From the NCBI GenBank assembly GCA_002189035.1, contig NEEC01000021.1, positions 186,001-250,000 of the forward strand: 64,000 nt of DNA, in the 5' to 3' direction. Both the position numbers and the translations under genes were made by a program. Shown one piece after another: positions 1 through 11,103 of the stretch (within the stretch, counting starts at the first letter, position 1; each line of letters begins with the position of its first letter). The DNA comes from Utricularia gibba (Eukaryota; Plantae; Magnoliophyta). The notes beneath the pieces are model-generated. The model saw nothing but the letters and a program-made list of their open reading frames with translations. It was not told the origin of the DNA and did not search any database.

Positions 1-790
1 TCCAAACGCGAAGACCTAAGAGAGGTGGTGGACGACCAGAGAGTCAATCTAGGGTTTAGAGTCGAGTCTAGCATGTTTTGGATTCCTTTCCTTTCGTTTT
101 TCATCAACTTTTATTGTTTTGAGTCACGCATGCGCGTGTGAGCACTTGCGGTTGAGGATCTGCTGTGAAGCTTTGCTTGCGCAAGTCCTGCACATGTGAC
201 TGTCTTACTATATTTTTCAGCATTTAATATGAGGTCTGATTCTGTTTGTCGCAACGTTTTCTTCACCAACGTGATCTTTAGTACCATATAACCCTAAGGG
301 AGTGTGGAAGAATCAAAGATTGGCCTCAAGCACCTAAGGAGAAGGGCTCAATCGGACATCATTGGTAAGACACATTCTGTCTAATTTGTCTGCGAGGTGT
401 GAGTTGTAGGGGTTAGATTTGGGTGTGGGAAAACATGGGTTATCACAATAGGTGAAATGGGTCTGGTGGCATGGTTGATTCCATAATCCCACAAAACAAG
501 GGACGGTGCTATAACGGTCACCGAGTAGCACTACTTTTGCATAACACCCCCAAAGCTTGCGCAATTAGGTCAGTTCTGAAGGTTTGCACACAAGCAAGGG
601 CGAGTTTCAAGTAAGGTGGATCTTAGATCCAAGGCCACTTTTCTTATTGTCTTCAAAAACCAAATCTTTCTTTTGTTTCCAATCTTTTTAACTCTTTGTT
701 TTGAAAAGAATATTCCAATAACAATTCCCTGTGGATACGATCTTATTTTATTACTTTGACGGTTTCTGTGCACTTGCAGAATCACCATCA
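1..790 (+). mobile_element. 3' part of the 5' LTR of an Athila-like Ty3/gypsy retrotransposon (window starts inside it)
   Basis: Ends ...CCATCA at 790, followed by AGTTTT and a tRNA-Asp primer-binding site, then a gag-like start. Confidence 0.8.
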
Positions 791-796
791 AGTTTT

Positions 797-814
797 TGGC
801 GCCGTTGCCGGGGA
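797..814 (+). promoter_or_regulatory. Primer-binding site complementary to the 3' end of tRNA-Asp
   Basis: TGGCGCCGTTGCCGGGGA is the reverse complement of the plant tRNA-Asp 3' end (...TCCCCGGCAACGGCGCCA), the PBS typical of Athila elements. Confidence 0.9.
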
Positions 815-934
815 ATTGTATTCCTTTGGAATTTCTTTTCTGATTTCTTTTCTGATCATTTCTTATTTTTCTGTTATTTTCGAGACATTCTTTTTAGCGC
901 ACTTGCGCAAGCAGTTGCTTTTAATCAGTCTTGC

Positions 935-1339
935 ATGCACAGGCACAGGGCTTCAACCGAGCTGTACCCGCTGGACCTAGAAATTGACCAGACCTGTCGG
1001 AGAATCAGGTTCGAAAGTCGTCAAGCACAAACGCAACGCAGGGAAACCATGTCTAGAAGGCATTCTGGACATGAGGAGGACTATCTGGTGATGTCCGAAC
1101 CAGATAGCGAACAAGCACGGACGCCAAGACCCCAGCCAAACAGGGCAACTGTATCAGCCTTGCTGATAAATGAAGGAATAGGTATAGGCAGATCTGCTGC
1201 TGATCGTGCAGGGTCATATCGAAGGCGTAGCGATGGATCCGATCAAGAGCCTACACAAGAACGAACAGCAGCAAGATTGACACGTGAGGAGTCTTCAAAG
1301 ATTTGGATCCGATCAAGGCGTAGCGATGGATCTTGCTGA
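935..1339 (+). pseudogene. Truncated Athila gag N-terminus running into unrelated low-complexity sequence
   Basis: From ATG 935: MHRHRASTELYPLDLEIDQTCRRIR resembles the Athila gag N-terminal L.P.D.EI..T.R..R motif; no capsid core follows. Confidence 0.6.
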
Positions 1340-2189
1340 AAATCTTGGGGATGAAATCACTTGAGGAGTTTGATAAATTACCTGATCTAAGACCTTTTGT
1401 TGACAGAGGGAGTGTTGAATCTGATCCAGCTGAAAGTGGACTTGGTGGAGACAAAGCCGGAGAAGATGAACGTGAAGCAGAAATGGCTTAATATAAAGGG
1501 AAAAAATATTTAATAGACCTTTAATTTTTTTTTGTTTGACACGTGTGGTAACGTGGAAGCTTGTTAAACATATTGTGTGTGACTTTGTAAAATGACTTTT
1601 CACTTTTTGAATGAATCGAGAAGTGTTGTGGTGTTTCTTAATCTTGAATGCTAGATTTAAGATAAATGAATGCTTCTATAACAAATCTTAACAATCAATG
1701 CATCTTCCCTTTTTTTTGAAACAATTACAGAAAAACTCTTTTTACGATATTGAGTGGAAGAAAAGGGATTAAAAAATGTAGGATATATAGAAGACAAAAC
1801 AATTTAAAAGTTGAGAATAGATATAGTTGAAATAATAAGGATATTATTATATTTTCATAAGTGATAAGTATTAAGAGTTAGTATTGAGTGTAAGAGCATA
1901 GTGCATTTCATATGTGCATTGAAAAAGAGGGTGTTTAGCATAGCTACTTATTTAAAAAACACCATAATTACTGATCATTTCTTCTTATTCATTGTGAAGC
2001 CATTCATGTGTCTGCTGTTGGCTTCATGTGTATGCTGCGCTAGTGGAGGACCGATCGTGGTGAGTCATTTTGGAGGGGTAGGTGAGCTTCTTCTTTATTT
2101 TTCCATTGTGTATATAGCTTTGCTACGTTCACCCTGCGTTATTAGCACTATTAATGTTACTCTTAGAAATCGATATTTACACATCTACA

Positions 2190-2766
2190 CCAACATTTGG
2201 AAACCCCAAGAATCAATTCTATTTTCAATGATTTTGAATATAATTGATTTTGTGTTCCAAACGTATATCATTTTCTATTTTTCAAGAATTAATTTTTAAG
2301 AATCACTTCCATTTTACGAAAATCATGAAATATTAACTTCTCCATGAGAATTGATTTTTGAGAAGTGATTCTAAAATTAAAATTACAGTTATGTCATTAT
2401 AAATAATTATAAATAATAATATTATAAATACTTTAATTAACTTAATTTTTAAATTATAATTTAATATAAATGTATTTAAATTAAAGTAATTATGTAACTA
2501 ATAGTTTAAAATTATATAATATTTTATAGTACAAATGGTATGTAAAAAATATTTTTAAAATATAAATTTATAAAACATAATTATTAATAATATGAATAAA
2601 TATGTGATTCAATAAAATCAATTCTAATTTTTTATATTCCAAATAAACTTCATTCTAAAAAAATCATTTTAGAAAAAAATAGTTGCAAAAATATATCAAT
2701 TATCAGTACATCAGAATTTTCAATTATTTCAAAATCAATTCTGGAATGATTTTTCCAAAGGAGGCT
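2190..2766. mobile_element. Probable AT-rich MITE (Tourist/Harbinger-like)
   Basis: Degenerate ends TTTGGAAAC... and ...TTCCAAAGGAGGC with repeated GAATCAATTC/AATTGATTTT motifs inside; no TSD confirmed. Confidence 0.35.
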
Positions 2767-3499
2767 ACATAGTTCTTTAAGATTCACACCTGCAAGAAGT
2801 ATTATCATTTACACGAGAACTTCTTATTTAAATCGGGCACTGAATTTAACGAGATGACGAATATGGTGGATATTGATGAGCTTTGGAAGTGAATTCAGCA
2901 TGTAGACATTTATTTTAGTATGCATACTTTTTATTTTATAATTATTTTAAGGATAATTCTAAAATCCTAATATTGGATGATTGTTATAACATTATTACTT
3001 ATTCATTTAGATTATAAAATTAACCACAACATTAAAACCATTTTACCTCTCTGATAAACGAAAAATTTTGCATGTCGTTATATGCAAACTCTTCGATCAA
3101 ATAAATTTATAACCTAATATACATTCAAGCATAAAACAATTATGAGCATAATGATTAGGGTTGAACACGAAGAGCAGGTGTTTGTCATGTGATTAATCAA
3201 TGCATGCAATCAATGTTACGTTGGTAAATTTGGTCTTAACTAGGATTAAGGCAGGATTACGATGGAATGCAGTAAAAAAAAGTAACAAAAAAACGCTAGT
3301 TCTAACCCCATAATGTTATGTAAATTCACCTAAAACTAGAAAAAAAAAAATTCATTAACCTGTAACATACATAAAGTTATTAATTATTTGTAACAATTAT
3401 TTACTTCGGAGGTTGTAGTTTTTCTATTTCAAACATATTCATTGACAAGCTTTTTGACATATATAAAAGAAGTGAATTCTTTAGAGTACTAATCGGCAT

Positions 3500-4600
3500 T
3501 TTTATTCCATTGGTTAAAACATATTTATTCTTACTTAGTTCGATTGTAACAAGATGTACTTCACGGAGCCTGAGAATGCACCAACTATTAAAAGGATTTT
3601 CTATACACTTTTTTGGGTTACTTCTCTTCTTCGACCATCAGAACACTAATGTTATCATAATGATATATCCTTTTTCTTTGTCCTCTTTTAAAACTTTTTC
3701 TTTCTTCTTCTCCATCCATCCCCTCACTTTGGAACACAGCTGACACCTTGTCTTCTCATTTGGCCTTCTTCCTAGAAACAATATGTGAATTTATCTTTCG
3801 ATCCATAGCTATTTCAATTCACTTAAAAAAATCAAAACCCTTCTACCAGAAATTCGCATCTTGATCCCAAATCATGACCTTTATGCTCCTCTAATTTCAG
3901 GTCTTTTCTCAAATGATTTTTGTATATTACTTTTCTCCTATCATTCCAAAAATTCACATAGGATGTCTGATTGATGAAAATTTTCTCTGGCTATCATGGG
4001 CCAAGAAGTATTTCTCCATCAAAACATTTATATAATGAAAAAGTATCTCATAAAATATTTTACTAGAAAGTAAATATAGTAGTAGTAACTATATGTCCAT
4101 CCATAAAATACAATTGGTTTTCAACTGTAAGTTTTATGTAGAAGTTAAATTAAACAGGGTCTGGCACAAGATTTGTAGGTGCTCAAGTAACACATGGACC
4201 AAAGATAGATCACCTTTTACGTCCTATTGTGAGGTAAGATTAGTGATTTTATCAACCATTGCAGAATCAATTCACAAACCTTCATTGGAAACATCATGTT
4301 TAAACATCCCTTGTCTATCATGTTTAAACATCCCATTTCTAACCTTGAAATAGCATTTTTTTTAAATTAAGCACTAAATCCTCCAATTTTGGCAGATATA
4401 AAATGTATACCTATATCATCACATTTAGGAAGGAGTACTGTCAATAAAGGTACCAATACTTGCATTTATCATCATATCATCCTTCTTCTTGAAAAAATTT
4501 TTGAACCACACCATAGTTCCTTAAAAATTTTCAACCCTATCATAATATTGTTTTCTCGTACTCTCAATTTTCGAATCCAAAGGGAGAAGAGGCCCTCCTC
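3500..4600 (-). pseudogene. Heavily decayed Athila-like gag remnant
   Basis: Minus strand gives LLPLDSKIESTRKQ (gag N-terminal motif) and MINASIGTFIDSTP (resembles the DA..GG....KT motif), with stops and large deletions. Confidence 0.35.
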
Positions 4601-4885
4601 TAAAAGAACATAAACACATTAACTTTAACAACTAAAAGGCACCTAACTCATTGGCAACCATGTCATTTAATATACATAAATTTGTGTAACTGTAGTGTGC
4701 CTTGAAATCTTTTCCCATCAAAACACTTATATGGTCAAAAATCATCTCACAAATATTTTACTAAAAAATAAATATAGTAACAACAAGTAGAAGACGATCT
4801 ACAAAAATATAATGAGTTTTTCAATTATAAGTTTTATTAGTAACTAAACTAAACAGTGTTTGATAGAATATTCATAGGTGCTCGC
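4012..4885 (+). repeat. Two diverged direct copies (~180 bp) at ~4012-4190 and ~4711-4885
   Basis: Shared CCATCAAAACA.TTATAT...AAATATTTTACTA...AAATATAGTA...TAAGTTTTAT...TAAACAG...TAGGTGCTC. Confidence 0.75.
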
Positions 4886-5129
4886 TGATAATAAAAAAAG
4901 AAAAATCTATAAGAAAAACAGAGATGTCGTTAAGTGAAATCACTTACTAAGATCTCATTGAATATACTCATTTATATTAAAGGAATTCTGCTTTTCTTTA
5001 AACCGAGCTGTGAATTTTGTTTTTCATCAAATATTATGTAGATGTGGACATGTTTCATTCTCTTAAAGTGAAGAAGTAATTGGTGTACATTGCAAGTTCA
5101 AGAATTCTACCAAACGAAATTGATGATGT

Positions 5130-5545
5130 AAATGTAGAAATCAGTGAAGAAACAGGTTTGAATGCCTAACTAATATCTTGTCTTGATGATTTCGATACTC
5201 CTACAATGAAGCAGTTCTCCATACATTTTAACAAGGAAAGCAACAGCAGTTCACATCTTCCAAAAAGAAAGAAAGCATGTTCCATCAACAGTAATTCACT
5301 TGCTAAATTTGCACGAAAAATGATGATTCCAATGTTTACCATATTAATTTAAAGGAGAAATTCATAATTGACAATTGTGTTAAGGTTTCAAAATCAATAG
5401 ATGGTATCGAGAAAAGATATCCTTTATGATATGTTTCTCTTCATTTGTTCATAAAATCAGTTTATCATGAATTACTTTTATCTCTCAAACATGATGCAGG
5501 TCGTATCAGATAATTGAAGGATCATTTTGCAAGTTATCGATCTTC
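5130..5545 (+). pseudogene. PIF/Harbinger ORF1 (Myb/SANT-like protein) C-terminal remnant
   Basis: Translates with frameshifts to EKFIIDNCVKVSKSIDGIE / YVSLHLFIKSVYHEL / GRIR*LKDHF, matching the CI..L..I.G...LF...RE.F...R..WL pattern. Confidence 0.45.
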
Positions 5546-5694
5546 ATTCACTTCTATAATTCCTTCAAATGCCAACTCACAACTCAAGTAAAAAGTTCGA
5601 TATGCTTATTCTTTTCTCTAATAATTTTATATAAAATTTGAAAGATTTCATTAGGCATCTTTCAATTACTTTTTTGTAAATCAACGTGTTCATT

Positions 5695-6560
5695 TATTTT
5701 TAAAAAATATTTTTAATAAAAAAACAAGGTTAGTACAGATTGCATTAAACCGCATGACCTCATTTTCTAAAATGAGCAATTCATTAGCCTCTAGTTGGCG
5801 AATCCAAACAATTATATTCTTTCCTTTTCCTTGCAAGTAAATGGGAAACTTCAAAGATTTCATCGAAGTTCTTTCAAATGTTTTTTTTCTTGTAAAGCAA
5901 CATGATAATTTATTTTTGAAAAAATATTTAAAAAAATAAGTTGAGGCCGTGTGGATTGAACTAAACTGAGCGACCCCATTCTCTAAAATTAAAAGTATCA
6001 CAATAAATGTGGATTAGTGATGCTTTTCCTATTTTCTTTTAAAAAATTGTGAGCACCATTTATAAAAAAAATTGCAAGTACTGCAAATATGCATTGGGGT
6101 GGTAATGTTTTTCTATAAGAAAAATAAAAATTTCACAAATAATACAAATATGTATTTTCGTTGCCCTTTATAAAAAAATAATTATTTAAAAAAAATAAGC
6201 CAATTCTCTCAATTTAGTAATATCACAACGATTGCAAATGTGTGTTGGCAGTGCTTCTCCATTTACAAAAAAATTATAATCACCGCGAATGTGGATTTAG
6301 GTGCTTACTTTTTTTAATATAAAATTTTAAAAATATCCCAAGTACTGCAAATATACATTTGTGATGTTTTTTTTTAAGTGCAGATTGCACTTAACTGCAC
6401 AACCCTATTCTCTCAAATGTGGGTTTGTGATGCTGATATATTTATTAAAAAATTACACGCACCACAAATATGGATTTCAATGCTTATCTTTTATTATAAA
6501 AAATTTAAAATATCAAGCACTACAAATGTGCATTTGCGATGCTTCTCTGACAATGCTTAT
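5695..6560 (+). repeat. Degenerate array of about 9 motif units (spacing ~55-85 bp), resembling DNA-transposon subterminal repeats
   Basis: Recurring CAAAT(A/G)TG(G/C)ATTT...TGCT motif from ~6005 to ~6545, plus related longer units at ~5695 and ~5913. Confidence 0.55.
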
Positions 6561-7628
6561 TTATCGAGTGTAAAGTTGAGCCTACTCAAAATATATTTGT
6601 CATGTGCAATTAAACATGTGATTTGTCTTCATTATGGTCAGGTATAAAAATATAAATCATGATAATTAGAAGGGAAATGGGATAAATACCTCATCTTTAA
6701 AATTTTATTTGTTGTTTACCTTACTTTTATCAACTGTTTGTAAGAAATCAAATAAATTAACTTTTGTTTGTATTTTACCATACTCTCCCGTAGTGACTTA
6801 TTAGCTCCTCTTTGGAGGTCTAAAGAACTAGGTCTCTCAAGCCTATTGTGCATGGGATATCCATTGCAATGATGTTACTAGACAAAAGTTTTTTTTATTG
6901 GATATGATTTATAAAAAATATAAAGTAAAAAGAAAATAAATCCTATATAATATATACAAAAAATAGGGTCTGTTAGTAAAAAATCAATATTACATTTTTA
7001 TAATATCTAGAAATATCAAGTAAATAAACTTATTCGTAGATAATCAATATTATATGATACATATATCAAACAATTTATTTTAATTTCTACTTTTTCCATT
7101 GCTAAATATTTTTTTCAGTCTTCTAAGAAATATTCTGGAAAAGTTAGGAAATATATTTTATTTTTAAAAAATAAAATATTTTTATTAGAAATATTTTTAA
7201 ATTTAACATTCAATAAAGCTTAAAATTAAAAGTAAAGTTTTTTGACTTTTCAATGTTATTTTTGCTGAAATATTCTTTTTTCTAAATTAAATTATTATTT
7301 CTCTCAAAATGTTTTAATCATTTTCATATGGTATTCATGAATGATTCAGACTACTACAAATATTAATTACATTGTAATTCATATTGAAAAATAATAGTGT
7401 CAATTGTCATACCACGTCATTAATAAATTTTAAAGATATGTAATTTAAATAAAAATAATAAAATAAAGGAAAAAATAATACTTACATTGGAATTCCTATT
7501 GAAAATTCAATATAAAAACTTAAGTTTCAGTTTAGATTGATCAATTCCAAATATATTCTCTTGGATGAATACTTGTTGGGATCTAGTTGAGTTAATCTGT
7601 CTTGAGATTAAAATGGAGGAGTTGATTG

Positions 7629-7824
7629 ATGATGCCTCGACGATATACTTATTTTAAGTGCCTATTTATTTGCTATTGGTACGTGTGGACTAGTTTCAAG
7701 TTGAAACATGGACTCTTAATCGTCAATTAAGAGTCCAGATTTTCTACTGCTAGCTATTTTCTGATCAATTTATGGTAATATAAAATCCACTCGAATTAAT
7801 CAATTCATGTTGTTGAGTAAATAA
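7629..7824 (+). pseudogene. ndhE: Plastid ndhE pseudogene (NUPT), internally deleted
   Basis: GGAG ribosome-binding motif then ATGATG..ILSAYLFAIG..GLVSS*NM; ends STRINQ...LLSK*. 196 bp versus about 306 bp for an intact gene. Confidence 0.9.
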
Positions 7825-8016
7825 ATTGCATATATTAAATTTATTTATTCAAGAATATAGTGGGCTAATAAGGATATGATATGATATTACTTGTAAAAAC
7901 ATAACAACTTAAGTATTTTGGGCCTCATTACCAAAAAAAAAAAAGAATTAAGTAGAAGGATCCTAATGGTATTGAAATTGTTTTACTAGACCGAAATTTT
8001 ATGATGTATGGATTTA

Positions 8017-8150
8017 ATGTCACTTGATTAAAGTATGATATGTGTATAAGATTCACTCTAAGATGGTTGTAAGGCTAACCAAATTGCTTCGGCTCCAAGG
8101 GCGGAGGATTGTGTTGATATTGTAAGAGATGCGAATCTATCTTTCCAATG
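8017..8150 (+). pseudogene. psaC: Plastid psaC pseudogene (NUPT)
   Basis: ATGTCAC...TATGATATGTGTATA and GATGGTTGTAAGGCTAACCAAATTGCTTCGGCTCCAAGGGCGGAGGATTGTGTTG..TGTAAGAGATGCGAATC (DGCKANQIASAPRAEDCV..CKRCE); middle and 3' end missing. Confidence 0.92.
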
Positions 8151-8153
8151 CAT

Positions 8154-8770
8154 CTTAGAGCTATGACTTGTGCATTTTCTTATCATTTCCAATCGGATTA
8201 TCACTAGTCGATTATTACAATTGGATCCATTGTTTGGATTGAGAATAGATGTACTGAGTCTAAGGCAGGATGCATCCCTTGAGATTCTCAAATATTTCAT
8301 TCCTTGATGTTAGCAATGTATAGTAAACAAATTGGATTATCTTCTCATGTGGGAGTTAGAATTAATTCTCATGTATTTATATGGGTAGTAAAAAATGCTC
8401 TAATAAGGTACAAAGTTGATTGTGCAACTATAGGGGTTTCTATTTTTCTTTTAATGAGAGTTTTGCATATTGGTTTGTATAGTTCTACTGAACTAGCAGT
8501 AAGTTTGAAATATTGGCAGATGTGGTATTGGAAATTATATTTCATATTCTATTTTTTATTGATTTTGTATACTCATGGAGAAACCCAATAGTAATTATAC
8601 TTTTACCCGGAATATTATTTAAAATTAGAGGTTACGAATTTGTTCGCATTAATATGAAATTATTTCCTAATGCCCATTTTATATTTTCTCCTTGGTTGCT
8701 CATTGTTGGCACTTACAAATAATTCATCCAGTTTTAATGTCTCTTGACTTATGAATTAAGGGATAGAAGC
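8154..8770 (+). pseudogene. ndhD: Plastid ndhD pseudogene, 5' half (NUPT), many short deletions
   Basis: Collinear blocks YHFQSD, LMLAMYS, MWELELI, LEIIF, THGE, RINMKLFPNAHFIFSPWL separated by deletions and frameshifts; follows psaC as in plastomes. Confidence 0.92.
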
Positions 8771-8786
8771 TCTGTAAAAAAATGTT

Positions 8787-9960
8787 TGATAAACAAAAAT
8801 TTCAATATCATTGCAAAAAATGAAATTCCGTACCAAATAAAATTTATAAGCTTTAATGTTCACAAAATACAAATTAACCATAAAATGCACAGTAGAATTT
8901 CGAAATCGATCACAAGAAACATGCTTGATATGTATTTTAGCAGATACAAGATTCAAAATAAATTATATTTTTAATCTATGGTCAAACTAACAACAGCATG
9001 CAAGTTCAATAAGTAAAATCAAATGTCAACACTGAAATAACAAATATAGGTTCTAAACACAAAATTATAGTAAGATGTCTCAAGGTTGTTAAGGTGATTT
9101 GGTGTTCAAGTATATAATCTAATCTAGAATGTGTCTATATGCATACTCTTAACAACTTGAATCTACTCAGGTTGTCTATTATGTTTTCGGCTTAATCAAT
9201 CCCTAATATCATCCTCCATTTCATACTTAGGTTTATCCGCATGCAAAATATGTAGAGCTAAGTCTACCTAGTTCCATTTCTTCTGTCCAAAACTAATACC
9301 TACTGTCTTCATTTTGATTCATTGGTCTACATCTAAATCAACCTTTTGAGTTATACTACTGTTCGTTCCCCCCATTAGGTCTACCTAAGAGAATTTAGAA
9401 ACAAAAACTTAATGTTAAAATTGTAGATTATCTTGTAAACTTTATCTCACATCACCATTCGACACCTTAAGGAATCCCTAATATCCAGCCAATTATATTC
9501 AGTAAGAAAAACATGATTTCATAATCATGAACTAGAGAGAATATCAAAGATATTGTAAAGTAAATAGTCAATGGAACGAAATTTTCAGTAAACTAAGCAC
9601 TAAATAAAATGTTTTTTTTTTCATGTTTGTAGCTGTTTATAACTTGAAACAATAGCGTTGAACTGGGTTCGATGCTTGTTCTTCATGTTCGAGATTTTTC
9701 TTTTAGAATTCTTCTTCTTCTTCCTTCCTCGTGTTCTTTCTCCCCACTCATGAGTTCTGGTCTCTTTTCTCTCCAAAATGTCTTTACTTCTTTTTTTCTC
9801 TATTTTCAAAAATCACTACATTATTCATGACATCCGTATTATTTCCAAAATCTACACACTGCAAGTAGTTGAATATCAATCATTTCTACTCTTGTATCTT
9901 GTATCTATCGACTTGTACTTATAAACTAGCTAAACTTAATTCAAAATGTTGCTAACAACA
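8787..9960 (-). mobile_element. LTR family B (Athila-like), copy 1, probable solo LTR
   Basis: Reverse complement matches ~28000-30143 and ~43500-43910 (e.g. AGCCGAAAACAT..ACCTGAGTAGATT, GGTAGACCT motifs; end ...GTTTATCA). No TSD confirmed. Confidence 0.7.
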
Positions 9961-11103
9961 CTTGAAATAATATTATAAATCATAATATAGATTTATAAAA
10001 ATACAAATAATATTACAATTAAAAAAATATTAAAAATTATAATTAAAATATCTAATTTTATCATTAAACATCTCAATTTTATAACTTTAAAACAATAATA
10101 AGATGTATGTTATCAATGTTTAATGAATTTTTTTGATGTAATGAATCAAGATAACCTTAATACCTCATAACTGCATCTTTATCCACTTATATAAATTCAT
10201 ATATCTACATAAAATTACTAATTTTTCTGAAATCCACTAAATAACTTTTCATCTTTCTTCACATCCATTTTCGTAAAATTAGTTTAATTTAACTATCAAT
10301 AAAATTAGAAAATTTAAAATTTTTGCTTTGAGAAAAAGTACTAAAAACTTCAAATATTATACATAACACAAATTGAACAACAAAAAATAACTAACATATA
10401 AAATGTTAATTGAACTTCATCTAAATATACGTGATCAAATCTTTTCTTAAACATTGATGAATATTGAATCATATGAATTGACAATTCTATTAGAATAAGT
10501 TTACATATTCAATCCAATCTTGAATATTTCATATATTCATTTTCAATAATGCCTTTAGGAATAATATGTCATTCGTATTTGGCAATCATATTTTACAAAA
10601 TAATATATACATATAAAATATCTCTAAGTGTTATCCCAAATTTTTCAGATATTCGGAGTATTGCAAATTGATATTGCCAAAAAAAAATCAAAAATGCATT
10701 CTGTATCTCCTGAAATTTAACAAAAAATCAAGATTTTCGATCTTGTAGAATAGTTTAATAGACTTCATAAAACCAGTCCAATCAAAATGAATACCATCAA
10801 TCAAACAATATTCATTTCATTAAAATTTTTATTAAAAGTAAATTGTACGTATAGACAAATACCATTATGCTGCTTGTTTAATAAATAGAAATGTTATAAG
10901 ATATTTAAATTATTATTTATACTTGACATTCCAAAAACAACATGCTAAATCCATGTATCCACGGAAACCACCACTTCTAACATGAGTGAATGTTTGCAAT
11001 GATTTATACATTTAAATTGATATTGCAATAAAACGGGATAATTTTTCCACTTCCAATCTATGGAAGTCTATTAAACTCTTCTACTAGCTAGCTTTCTTTC
11101 TTT

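Noticed and set aside
8304-8722. Two hydrophobic ORFs that look like novel membrane proteins
   Set aside because: They are frame-shifted patches of the ndhD pseudogene.
8782-9965. Possible TSD (ATGTT) for LTR family B copy 1
   Set aside because: It would require a terminus lacking TG/CA; probably chance in AT-rich DNA.
10000-10900. Faint hAT-transposase-like translations in AT-rich DNA
   Set aside because: No unambiguous motif could be read.
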